NCBI GenBank assembly: GCA_030018135.1
Contig: JASEGJ010000014.1
Location: 1-25,504 of the forward strand
Reading direction: 5' to 3'
DNA: 25,504 nucleotides
DNA from: Candidatus Hodarchaeaceae archaeon
GTDB taxonomy: Archaea; Hadarchaeota; Hadarchaeia; Hadarchaeales; Hadarchaeaceae
In this document: positions 1-9,073 of the stretch, one piece after another
Position numbering within the stretch: the first letter of the stretch is position 1
How the letters are laid out: every line of letters starts with the position of its first letter
Translations under genes and position numbers: made by a program
The notes under the pieces: model-generated
Told to the model about the DNA's origin: nothing
The model's input: the letters and a program-made list of their open reading frames with translations, nothing else
Database searches by the model: none

Positions 1-87
1 GCTCAACCGCTTGCATGAATAGTCATCAACGGCAAAAACAAAGGAATTTTGCACATCCCTAGGTGTAAGTTTTTTGTGGCCATTTTT

Positions 88-1974
88 TTATTCCTCTGGG
101 AAGCACAGCGGTGAGATGTAATTGCCGAAGCTCTCCCTAGCTTTTAATAGGCGTTCCATTTGATCATCAAGTGCTTTGAAGAGCTCTTCCGGGGTGTCGG
201 AAACTTTTTCTTTCCAGAATTTCCTCACCCGCTCGATCTTGCGCAAGTTTTCAGGGACCCGAATTGTGAACTGCCCGACATAATCCTCCTCCGCATAGTT
301 TTTGTTCAATACCTGCTTGAAGAGGATGGCCAAATCCTCATACTTGGGGAGGAGGCCGGTGGGCGACCTTAACGCCCCCACATCATTATGCACACGAAGC
401 TCCATCCATTTTACCCACACATGTTTATCGAGACGATTATTCAAAAACTTCCCCGTTTTTAAATCGCACAGGAAGTAGTTAACCCCAAAGACAAGGGGGA
501 CTTTCCTAAGTTTTCTCCCGAATTCCAAGTAGTTTTTAATATACTGGCCGAGAGGGATTGAGATGAAGTCCTGGACACTCATGACGTTTATCTCATAGAC
601 GCCTTGTTCTTCCACGATTGCAAAAGTCGTTTCCGTCTCAAGGGCCGCCCCATAGGCAATGACGCCGTGCTCCCAGTTAAATCCCTCTTGAACGGGCACA
701 TAGGCCCTGTAATCGCGGCCCCCATACATTATGCCGCCCAATCCCACCCCCAAGGGGTTATCAAGCTCTGGATCGCAATTTGGTAATGTTTTAAGAGCCA
801 CCGTGTAACGGGCATTTTCGCTCGCGGGCGGGATCTCCTTACCATTCTGACCAACCTTGCCCTTATGCCAGTTTCCTGAAAAGTTTACCCCCTCTTTGGG
901 AAGCTCACAGCCCATGCTTGGCCACCACGGCTTAGCATCCTTGACAAGAACATTCGAAAAGATGATCTCGTTGGGGGTGGTGATTACTTGATAAATCAGG
1001 GGGTCATCCTTAGGGTTGACATTCTGAATGATGCCGAATACGCCAGCCTCTACATTTACGCCGCGGCAAACTCCATCGATATTGCGAAGGTAGGCGATAT
1101 CATCTGCAAGTATGGTCTCCCCCGGGAGCATGGCTGTGGAGGTCTTGCCGCAGGCGCTGGGGAAGGCGCCGGCTAGGTAGGTCTTACGTCCGCCGGGGCC
1201 GTTTACTCCCATCATCATGAAGTGCTCAGCCAGCCATCCTTCTCTATGGGCCTTACGGATGGCTAGACGGAGAGCAAGCTTCTTAAAACCCACTGAGTTG
1301 CCAGCATATTGGGTATTGGCGCTGTAGACGGTGTCCGTTACGTAGTCGATATAGATGCGCCTTTTATCATGTTCCACGCTTATCATTCTCTCGTTCACTT
1401 TGCCGGATGAATGCAGGGTCTTGAAGAACCCCACCTCAGGGGCCAATTGGAGGAAGGTCTCGTATCCCTTCCGATAAAGGAGGCTCACGGAATGGGCCAC
1501 ATACCAGGAGTCGGTACATTCCATACAAGGAATGGTGAATAGGGAGTTGACTGGCCCCAAAGTTAGGAAGCGAACGATCATCGTGCGGCCCTTCATCGCG
1601 CCCTTGAGCAAGTCCAGTACCTCCCTTAGGCCCTCCTCGCGGTCGATCTGTTTTAGGGCTGGGCTTAAGGAGTCCCCCTTTGGCACAAGGAACTTGGTGA
1701 CCTCGCGATCCCTCCCTTGATCATAGGGGCCATCAAAATGGAAGGTATGTCCCGGCATAGCTAGAGCGGCTCTCTCCTCGCCGCTAGCGATCGCCATGTG
1801 TTTGATATATGCGACCTCATCGGGGGTATCGCTACAGATAAAGATATCCTTTGGATTGCAGAGTTCAGCCGCCTCCGCAACGAACTGATGTACCTTTTGG
1901 TTTGGTATGGCGCATAGCTTCCCGTAGTCGGGTTCGCGCATCTTTGGCCTGAGTCCCTCAAGATACTCGTTCAT
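88..1974 (-). CDS. pckG: Phosphoenolpyruvate carboxykinase (GTP-dependent)
   Basis: FPSACGKTSTAM P-loop/PEPCK signature plus YAGNSVGFKKLALR, GWLAEH, ADDIA, NARY and YGGR motifs. The track start is TTG 2025, but the ATG at 1974 (MNEYL) follows AAGGAG and is the more likely start. Confidence 0.95.
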   Translation of the reverse strand: MNEYLEGLRPKMREPDYGKLCAIPNQKVHQFVAEAAELCNPKDIFICSDTPDEVAYIKHMAIASGEERAALAMPGHTFHFDGPYDQGRDREVTKFLVPKGDSLSPALKQIDREEGLREVLDLLKGAMKGRTMIVRFLTLGPVNSLFTIPCMECTDSWYVAHSVSLLYRKGYETFLQLAPEVGFFKTLHSSGKVNERMISVEHDKRRIYIDYVTDTVYSANTQYAGNSVGFKKLALRLAIRKAHREGWLAEHFMMMGVNGPGGRKTYLAGAFPSACGKTSTAMLPGETILADDIAYLRNIDGVCRGVNVEAGVFGIIQNVNPKDDPLIYQVITTPNEIIFSNVLVKDAKPWWPSMGCELPKEGVNFSGNWHKGKVGQNGKEIPPASENARYTVALKTLPNCDPELDNPLGVGLGGIMYGGRDYRAYVPVQEGFNWEHGVIAYGAALETETTFAIVEEQGVYEINVMSVQDFISIPLGQYIKNYLEFGRKLRKVPLVFGVNYFLCDLKTGKFLNNRLDKHVWVKWMELRVHNDVGALRSPTGLLPKYEDLAILFKQVLNKNYAEEDYVGQFTIRVPENLRKIERVRKFWKEKVSDTPEELFKALDDQMERLLKARESFGNYISPLCFPEE

Positions 1975-2072
1975 TTTTCTCCTTTGGTCCAACGCTTCTC
2001 TCATTTTGGCCACCGCTTTTTGCAATTTATGGATACTTCCCTTTCTGTTCTACTCTTAGTTTATTTTTATTG

Positions 2073-2120
2073 GAAAAACCTTTATATACGTAAATCTTTT
2101 TAAGCTTTTTGTTAACAAAA
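2073..2120. promoter_or_regulatory. Divergent pckG/lrp promoter region with a 14-bp palindrome
   Basis: BRE-TATA-like GAAAAACC-TTTATATA on + (about 2073-2088) and AAAAAGC-TTAAAAA on -; perfect palindrome TTTTGTTAACAAAA at 2107-2120. Confidence 0.55.
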
Positions 2121-2128
2121 CGTTAAAT

Positions 2129-2614
2129 ATGCGAGAACTACGAGAAGTGCATAAGAAAATCCTTATCCAGCTGATGAAGGATGGCCGGCAATCAGTTTCA
2201 GAATTAGCGAAAAATGTGGGGGCCACAAGGCAAACGGTCGCTAAAAAAATTGAGGAACTAAAAGAATCTGGGGCTATAAATTCTTTTGTGGTAAGGTTAA
2301 ACCCTGAAAAATTTGGCCTTACCACCAAAGCTTATGTTTTTGTGCGTGAAGATCCGAGGGCCGAAATAAGGAAAAAAAATGAGGAAATAATCAAAGATTT
2401 TCATCAGGTATCCGAATTCTACCGCCTCTTCGGACGATACGACGCAGTGTTAGAGATCGTAGTTAAAGATGGCAGGGAACTAACCGACCTCATCAAAAAA
2501 ATCCACGCGTTGGAGGGCGTGAGGGAGACGGAAACTTTCATAGTTCATAGCACCGTCAAAGATAACCCCGAAGAACCATTTATGCAAGTTCTAGGGTCCT
2601 CCAAATCTACGTGA
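2129..2614 (+). CDS. Lrp/AsnC family transcriptional regulator
   Basis: N-terminal HTH (ILIQLMKDGRQSVSELAKNVGATRQTVAKKIEELKESGAI) and C-terminal RAM domain (LFGRYDAVLEI, GVRETET). Confidence 0.93.
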   Translation: MRELREVHKKILIQLMKDGRQSVSELAKNVGATRQTVAKKIEELKESGAINSFVVRLNPEKFGLTTKAYVFVREDPRAEIRKKNEEIIKDFHQVSEFYRLFGRYDAVLEIVVKDGRELTDLIKKIHALEGVRETETFIVHSTVKDNPEEPFMQVLGSSKST

Positions 2615-3365
2615 GATCGCCGCACGCACAGAATATCTCGTGCACCATGTCGTAAAGCTCGGCCATACCCTCGCCGGATTTGGCGCTCACCTTTACAAGC
2701 CTGGCGGCTGGCAGGAGCTCGGGTAGCGCCTTGGATAGGCTGAGGGTCAGGTCTATCATCACGCCCGAGCTCTCTCTTATAACCTGCTCTTTCAGGAGTT
2801 CTACATCCGCCAGCATGCGGTCGACATCGGCCAGCTTGCCCTCGGCCAAGTCCATCTTGTTTAAGACGCTCACGGTCGGCACCCCCAAGCGAAGCCCCAC
2901 CGATAGCCCCAAGAGGCGCGTGAAGATCAATCCCGCGGCCTTCGCCGCTATTCCTACATCGGTCAGAAAGAGCGAGATCGTCACGCCCCCCATGAGTCTT
3001 GTTATCTCCGGTCCGCCATGGAAGAGGAAGACCTCCATCTGCCCCGGCGTGTCGATTAGTCTGATATCGACCTTGATTTTGTTTATTTGTCCCGAAAATT
3101 CTCCCGCTTTCTGCTCGAGCAGCTCGGATGCGCGGATCATCGCTCCATTCGGTCCAAGGTTTTCGTCGCGCATTATCTTGGCTATCGTGAAGTAATCGCG
3201 GATGTCGAAGTCTGGCTTGAAAGGGACGAAGTCGCATCCCGGGTCGAGGTTGATATAAGCAACCTTTTGATCGGTATTTTGCTCAATCCACCTCCCGAGG
3301 GTTGCTGTCAGAGCACTTTTCCCGGCGCCAGCGGTTCCGAGGACGATTAAATTGAGGGGGCGCAT
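2607..3365 (-). CDS. GPN-loop GTPase (archaeal PAB0955-like)
   Basis: GTAGAGKS (G1), NLDPG, LGPNGA (GPN loop), DTPGQME (G3), NKMD (G4), VSA (G5) and C-terminal CACGDLT. The likely start is ATG 3365, overlapping the elp3 stop (TGATG), not 3536. Confidence 0.93.
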   Translation of the reverse strand: MRPLNLIVLGTAGAGKSALTATLGRWIEQNTDQKVAYINLDPGCDFVPFKPDFDIRDYFTIAKIMRDENLGPNGAMIRASELLEQKAGEFSGQINKIKVDIRLIDTPGQMEVFLFHGGPEITRLMGGVTISLFLTDVGIAAKAAGLIFTRLLGLSVGLRLGVPTVSVLNKMDLAEGKLADVDRMLADVELLKEQVIRESSGVMIDLTLSLSKALPELLPAARLVKVSAKSGEGMAELYDMVHEIFCACGDLT

Positions 3366-4975
3366 CAGCTCAGCTCCTTCACCATGTACGGCCCTTCCCG
3401 TCTGTAGCCAAATCGCCGGTAATAGTTTCGTGTCCCTATTCCCGCAAGCACAATGACTTTCCGCGCATCGAACTCTTCCCTTGAAATCTTTTCTGCTTCG
3501 CGCAGCAATCGCTTGCCCCAACCGCGGTGCTGCCATTCGCCCGCTTTAGCCCCCTCTCCGACCCTCACGAGCGGACCGTAGACATGTAACTCCCTCACGA
3601 GCGTCGAGCGTTCGGCTCTGGCTTCTGCCCTGTGCGCTTTCGGCGATGGTCCCCTGAGCCTGAGCAATCCTACCAAGACATCCTGCCTCACATCCGCGAA
3701 CGAAATGAAGAACTCCTCTCCCTCGGATGCGCGGTACTTCTCGACCAAGAGTTTCACGTTGTCTGGAGTTGGATTCAGTCCGAGCCTGTACTCTACATGA
3801 CCGACCTCGCGGCACCGAATACATCGGCAGCGGGCGCCCTCCTGTCTAAGTTTTTCCTGGACCAAAACCCTTAGATCGCCGCGCTTGACCCCGTCCACTA
3901 TCAGGTTGGCTGGGATGTCGCGCTGGATCCGCTGAATTCTGATCCACGGCGGTACTCGCTTTTTAACCTCGGTGATAAGCTGCACGAGCTGCTGGAAGGG
4001 GTAGGGCCTGTATTCGCCGCGCTGCCATAACTCGTGAAGCCTTGTCCCTGGCATGACGAGGGTGGGATAGATCTTCAGGGCATCGGGCTTGAATCGCTCG
4101 TCCTCGAAAATTGTCCTGAAGGCCTCGAGGTCGCGTTCGTAGGTCGACCCTAGAAGATTCGGCATGCAATGGTAGACTACAGCGAAGCCAGCATCCTTGG
4201 CTATGCGTGTGGCCTCGGCAACATCCTCAACTGTGTGTCCTCGATTAACAAGTTTGTAAATATCATCATAAACCGTCTGCACTCCAAGCTCGACACGAGT
4301 AGCCCCAAGGCGAAGCATGAAATCAACGTGAGGTTCCTTACAATAGTCCGGGCGTGTTTCGATTGCTATGTCGCTGTTTCGAATTTCCGCATTTTCAGCC
4401 GCGGCTTGGGCCCCTTCGATCGTTATGGCATTTGCGCCTGACATCGCGTTTAAACACTGCATCACGAACCACTCGAGGTAATCTTGAGGATAAGCCGTGA
4501 GGGTGCCGCCGAAAATTATCAGCTCGACTTTATCAACATCATGTCCGATCACGCGGAGCTGCTCGATTCGGTTTTTCACTTGGTTGTATGGATCGTAGTT
4601 GTGTTGAATCGCCCTCATCGCGGCCGGTTCCCTTCCGGAATAGCTCTGAGGTGTGCCCACGCTTGGACCCCCGGGACAGTAAATACATGGTTCCAGTTTT
4701 GGACAAGGATAGGGTTTCGGCATGACCGTAATTATTGAGACGCCGGAAATCGAGCGCACGGGTTTCAATCTTAACACCTGGAGGACTTTGCCCCTCTCCT
4801 CAGCAGTCGTGGCTGCCAGGAGCTCGGAGTTGCTCAGCGGTTTCGGTAGCCCGAACTCTCGGCAGGATTGCATTTTAGCCCGAGCTAGCTTTCGCGCATC
4901 AGTTATCTCGCCGCTCGAGATCTTTTGTAGGATTCCCCTGCAAGCTACGGACATCGCATCCACCAGCATCCCCAA
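3365..4975 (-). CDS. elp3: tRNA uridine(34) acetyltransferase Elp3 (radical SAM + GNAT)
   Basis: KPVRSISGV, CPKLEPCIYCPGGP, QSY, FGGT, ETRPD, ELGVQ, KIYPTLV, RIQRDIP, CRCIRCRE, RELHVYG, QHRGWG, GIGTRNYYRRFGY. Confidence 0.96.
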   Translation of the reverse strand: MGMLVDAMSVACRGILQKISSGEITDARKLARAKMQSCREFGLPKPLSNSELLAATTAEERGKVLQVLRLKPVRSISGVSIITVMPKPYPCPKLEPCIYCPGGPSVGTPQSYSGREPAAMRAIQHNYDPYNQVKNRIEQLRVIGHDVDKVELIIFGGTLTAYPQDYLEWFVMQCLNAMSGANAITIEGAQAAAENAEIRNSDIAIETRPDYCKEPHVDFMLRLGATRVELGVQTVYDDIYKLVNRGHTVEDVAEATRIAKDAGFAVVYHCMPNLLGSTYERDLEAFRTIFEDERFKPDALKIYPTLVMPGTRLHELWQRGEYRPYPFQQLVQLITEVKKRVPPWIRIQRIQRDIPANLIVDGVKRGDLRVLVQEKLRQEGARCRCIRCREVGHVEYRLGLNPTPDNVKLLVEKYRASEGEEFFISFADVRQDVLVGLLRLRGPSPKAHRAEARAERSTLVRELHVYGPLVRVGEGAKAGEWQHRGWGKRLLREAEKISREEFDARKVIVLAGIGTRNYYRRFGYRREGPYMVKELS

Positions 4976-5129
4976 GTTAGTTTGTATTTGGGGGTAATTT
5001 TGTTGTTGGTGTAGGTGAAAGTTGGAATCCGATATAAAAAAGAGCTACTCGTGATTCGTTGTATTTATAACAATACTTTCGGTGACCCCTTCCCAAAAGT
5101 CGTTTAATTGGTGTCTGGTATAATCAGGT

Positions 5130-8100
5130 TTGAACAGGGTGACTGGCTTGAAGGTACTTGATGTCTGTAAAAAATACGGCTTACCTGAACAAATCGCTGA
5201 AGTGCTGAGAAAATTTGACATAACAGAACTTTACCCACCTCAGAGCGATGCAATAAAAAAAGGAGCACTGGAAAATAAAAATTTGGTCTTAGCCGTACCA
5301 ACCGCCAGCGGAAAAACTTTGATCTCAGAACTTTGCATGCTTAAATCGATCCTCACTGGCAAAGGAAAATGTCTCTATATCGTTCCGCTTCGAGCGCTGG
5401 CGAGCGAGAAGCATGAAGAGTTCAAGGAGAAGTATGGTCCGCTCGGGGTGAAGGTTGGCATCTCCATCGACGCTCAAGAAGAGATCGTCGTTGAGGAGAA
5501 TGGCAAACTAAAAATTGTCCATGTTAGTGAATTAGACAAATTTTTTATTAATTCTAGATCTAACGGTCGCTTTGAATGGGTTGAAAATCCCCCCTTATAT
5601 GTGTTCGGTTTCGACCCAAGCACGCTTAAAAATGCTAAATTTCGGGTTACCAAGCTTATTAGACATCCGGCCCCGGAAAAGATGCTCCAAATTGTAACAA
5701 CGAGCGGAAGACGTTGTATCGTTACTACTGATCACAGTATTTTCAGTTTGAATAACAACGAGGTAATGCCCGTGAAAGCTGGTTCGCTTAAGCCTAGGGA
5801 CTACATTGTCATTCCATCGCGAATAGAGTTTCCAGCCAGTAAAAATGATGTCATCAATATCGCGCAAGTTTTAGCGAAGAAGTCTAGAGTAAATTATTTC
5901 TTGCGCGGGATATCCCATTTTTTATTATCCCATAAACATGCACTCATCCGAAAGTTTGGAAGGAGGCGTGTTAAGGATTGGTTCCGTAATGACTCTGTAC
6001 CCTTGCAAACTCTAACAGGATATCTTGGCATCGAAAAACTTTCGGAATTGCCGAAAGAATGCAGGATTGCTTCAGGGACCTCACCGAACTCTATGCCCAA
6101 TTACATACGAGTTGATGCTAAACTAGCCAAATTTATTGGTTACTACCTAGCAGAAGGTTGCCACGATAAATACGGAATCAGCATAAGTTTTGGGCCAAAT
6201 GAACGGTTCTTGGCTCAGGATGCTATTAAGTGCATAAAAAGCATTTTTGGGTTTCAACAAAAAATAGAGAAGAAGCACCACAAATTTATTATCAGGATAA
6301 GTAGCCCAGCAGCAGTTGGCCTCATGCGAGATGTGCTCGAATGTGGCTATGATGCTAAAACGAAAAATATACCCTCCCACATTCTTTCAGCACCTTTGCC
6401 GATTGTGTCTGAATGTCTCAAAGCTTACTTCTCAGGGGACGGATACTTGCGGTATAGAAAGGAAGGTGTGCTAATCGCAGCAAATTCTATGAGCAAGCGA
6501 CTGATAAACCAAATAAGCTTTCTTCTGTTGAGGTTTGGAATAGTTACAAACCTTGTACATCGAGAACGGGGCCTGGTAAAGGGTTTGACCGAGATTTGTA
6601 TCTACGGTAGAGAACAACTGGCACGATTTATCAAAGAGATAGGTTTTGTAGAACCGTGGAAAAATGAAAAAATAAAAACAATCCTTGCTCAGACCAAAAT
6701 GAGAAAAGCTCATTTCTCGGAGAGGATACCTATCAAACATACAAGTTTACTAAAACTTTTGAGGGAGTTTAAAATAGCCGGCGAATATCGAGGGGTCTAC
6801 AGCGAAAAAGCAACGGTGAGCAAGGAGGCTATACACGAATCTCTCCAAAAGATGTCTTCATCTAAAGAGAAATCGAACCTATTGAAGTTGATAAACGGGT
6901 GGGTGGCATTTGATGAGATTAAAGAACTTCGCGTTCTAAGACCCAGCTCACAACATGTGTATGATGTCGAAGTTAAGCCAAGCGGTAAAAAAATTGAGAA
7001 TTTTATCGGTGGGTTTGGCCAGATTTTTTTACATAACTCAACTGGCGACTTCGATGTCGTTGACCCGAGGCTCGCCCGCTACGATATCCTCGTCGCCACC
7101 TCTGAGAAGGTCGACTCCCTCCTCCGCCACCGTGCGAAGTGGCTCGCCGACGTTATCTCGGTGACGGTGCTCGATGAGGTACATCTGATAGACGACTCAG
7201 GACGGGGCCCAACCCTCGAAGTCTTGACGGCCCGGCTCAGGCAGGTGAACCCGAAACTTCAGGTGCTGGCGCTCAGCGCGACGATAAAGAATGCCGATGA
7301 GATCGCCGAATGGCTCGGCGCTGAGCTGGTCAAGAGCGACTGGCGCCCCGTGCCGCTCAAGAAGGGCGTGTACCTCGATGGGAAGATAAAGTTCGACGAC
7401 GGGAGCAAGCGGACGGTGAAGACCGAAGTCGAGGACGACCTCGGGGCGCTCGCGATCGACACCGTGAGGGAGGGAGGGCAGGCACTTGTCTTCGTCAGCA
7501 CCCGCCGCTCAGCGCAGGCGGCCGCTGCCCTCGTAGCGAAATACGTGAAAGGGGTTATCTCACAGGAGGAACGCGAGCAGCTGGCCGCGGTGGCGAAAGC
7601 CGTTGAGGGCGCGCTCGGAGAGCCTACGCGGACCTGCCGCCGACTCGCCGACTGCGTTCGCCAAGGGGTGGCCTTCCATCACGCCGGGCTTCACCACGCC
7701 CAGCGGAAGGCCGTCGAGGACGCGTTCAGGCGGAATTTGATCAAGGTGGTATGCACCACCCCCACCCTGGCGGCGGGCGTGAACCTCCCCTCGCGCCGTA
7801 CCATCATCCGCGATTACCGCCGCTACGTCGAACCTTACGGGCTTCAGTTCATCCCCGTGCTAGAATTTCATCAAATGTGCGGGCGGGCGGGTCGGCCGCA
7901 ATACGACAAATACGGCGAAGCGGTCGTGATCGCGAAGGGGAAAGGTGAGGTCGAGGCGCTTTTCGAGGAGTTCATCCGAGCCGAGCCCGGGCGCATAACC
8001 TCGAAGCTCGCGACCGAGCCAGCGCTTCGGACCCATGTGCTGGCCTCGATTGCGGCGGGCTACGTGAGCGATGCCGATGGAATGATGAAGTTCATGGGGC

Positions 8101-8909
8101 AAACTTTCTTCGCCCATCAATACAGCATCGGCGACGTCGAGCTCGTCGTCGAGCGAGTCCTTGATTTCTTAGAGCGGGGGGAGATGGTCCGCAGACAGGG
8201 AAAACTTTTGCTCGCGACCCCCTTCGGGGAGCGCGTCTCCCGTCTCTACATCGATCCGCTATCGGCGGTCATGTTGCGCGATGGCATCAAGGGGATCTCC
8301 ACGCGAGAACCGACCGCCCTCGGCCTGCTCCACCTCGTCTGCCACACGCCCGACATGGGGAGGCTCTACCTCAGGCGGCAAGACTACCCCGATGTAGAAG
8401 CTTTCATCATCGAGCACGCCGAAGAGTTTCTGACCCCCATACCTGATCAGTACAGCGAACCCGACAAGTACGAATTTTTTATGGCCGAGGTGAAGATGGC
8501 CAAGATGCTGCAAGCTTGGCTCGAGGAAACGTCGGAGGATGACATCCACGAGCTGTTTGGGGTTGGGGCGGGAGATATCCGGAGGAACGTGGATACAGCC
8601 GAGTGGCTGCTCTACGCTGCCCACGAGCTCGCGAGGCTCTTCAAGGCCAAACCCGCACTCGCCCCGCTTCGCAAGCTACGCGAACGGATCAGATACGGCG
8701 TCAAGGAAGAGCTGCTCGAACTCGTGCAGCTTCATGGGATAGGGCGTGTTCGGGGGCGAAGCTTATTCAAGGCGGGCTATAGGAAGCTCGCGGATATCAA
8801 GCGGGCCACGGAACGGGAGCTGGCCCTAGTGCCATACATCGGCACAGAAATCGCACGGAGCATCAAACGGCAGGTCGAGGAAGGCGGGGAGTTGGCTGCT
8901 AAAGTTTAA
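5130..8909 (+). CDS. hel308: Ski2-like DNA helicase Hel308/Hjm precursor containing an intein
   Basis: LYPPQ, PTASGKT (I), PLRALASEK (Ia), ATSEK, DEVH (II), LSAT (III), FHHAGL, TPTLAAGVNLP (V), QMCGRAGRP (VI), RIRYGVKEEL and a C-terminal HhH. About 734 aa remain after intein removal. The start may be TTG 5148, after GGGTGA. Confidence 0.95.
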   Translation: MNRVTGLKVLDVCKKYGLPEQIAEVLRKFDITELYPPQSDAIKKGALENKNLVLAVPTASGKTLISELCMLKSILTGKGKCLYIVPLRALASEKHEEFKEKYGPLGVKVGISIDAQEEIVVEENGKLKIVHVSELDKFFINSRSNGRFEWVENPPLYVFGFDPSTLKNAKFRVTKLIRHPAPEKMLQIVTTSGRRCIVTTDHSIFSLNNNEVMPVKAGSLKPRDYIVIPSRIEFPASKNDVINIAQVLAKKSRVNYFLRGISHFLLSHKHALIRKFGRRRVKDWFRNDSVPLQTLTGYLGIEKLSELPKECRIASGTSPNSMPNYIRVDAKLAKFIGYYLAEGCHDKYGISISFGPNERFLAQDAIKCIKSIFGFQQKIEKKHHKFIIRISSPAAVGLMRDVLECGYDAKTKNIPSHILSAPLPIVSECLKAYFSGDGYLRYRKEGVLIAANSMSKRLINQISFLLLRFGIVTNLVHRERGLVKGLTEICIYGREQLARFIKEIGFVEPWKNEKIKTILAQTKMRKAHFSERIPIKHTSLLKLLREFKIAGEYRGVYSEKATVSKEAIHESLQKMSSSKEKSNLLKLINGWVAFDEIKELRVLRPSSQHVYDVEVKPSGKKIENFIGGFGQIFLHNSTGDFDVVDPRLARYDILVATSEKVDSLLRHRAKWLADVISVTVLDEVHLIDDSGRGPTLEVLTARLRQVNPKLQVLALSATIKNADEIAEWLGAELVKSDWRPVPLKKGVYLDGKIKFDDGSKRTVKTEVEDDLGALAIDTVREGGQALVFVSTRRSAQAAAALVAKYVKGVISQEEREQLAAVAKAVEGALGEPTRTCRRLADCVRQGVAFHHAGLHHAQRKAVEDAFRRNLIKVVCTTPTLAAGVNLPSRRTIIRDYRRYVEPYGLQFIPVLEFHQMCGRAGRPQYDKYGEAVVIAKGKGEVEALFEEFIRAEPGRITSKLATEPALRTHVLASIAAGYVSDADGMMKFMGQTFFAHQYSIGDVELVVERVLDFLERGEMVRRQGKLLLATPFGERVSRLYIDPLSAVMLRDGIKGISTREPTALGLLHLVCHTPDMGRLYLRRQDYPDVEAFIIEHAEEFLTPIPDQYSEPDKYEFFMAEVKMAKMLQAWLEETSEDDIHELFGVGAGDIRRNVDTAEWLLYAAHELARLFKAKPALAPLRKLRERIRYGVKEELLELVQLHGIGRVRGRSLFKAGYRKLADIKRATERELALVPYIGTEIARSIKRQVEEGGELAAKV
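5463..7037 (+). mobile_element. Intein (525 aa) with LAGLIDADG homing endonuclease
   Basis: Block A SIDAQEEIVV, block B IVTTDHSIF, endonuclease blocks LAKFIGYYLAEG and LKAYFSGDG, block H QISFLLLRFGI, block F VYDVEV..ENF, block G FLHN followed by Ser+1. Removal restores KVGI-STGDFD. Clearly AT-rich: 18/60 GC at 6241-6300 versus 37/60 at 7081-7140. Confidence 0.96.
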
Positions 8910-9073
8910 ACCATCGCCGTCCCGTCCGGCATAAAAACTGAATTCGCGAAATCAACTGTCCGCGGCTTTGGGATTGCAAAGGCAACTGTGATCGCGAGGA
9001 TCGTCAGCACCTGCTCAACAACTCAGACCGCAAAGCTTTATTGCCCCACCAAAATTGTCCTATCAGGAGTTGA

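Noticed and set aside
2545-3536. 230-aa alternative-frame ORF, and the 57-aa N-terminal extension of the GPN GTPase
   Set aside because: Both are Arg/Gly-rich off-frame translations; the extension overlaps the elp3 3' end, and the GTPase fold begins at ATG 3365.
5130-5350. AT-rich 5' end of hel308 (22/60 GC in each of two lines) as an intein co-conversion tract
   Set aside because: The DNA immediately before the intein (5401-5460) is 33/60 GC, so the AT-rich stretch is not contiguous with it; other genes here, such as purB, also start relatively AT-rich.
8906-9010. 34-aa GTG-initiated minus-strand ORF (MLTILAITVAFAIPKP...) between hel308 and purB
   Set aside because: Short, with no clear RBS or recognisable family, so it cannot be supported without homologues.
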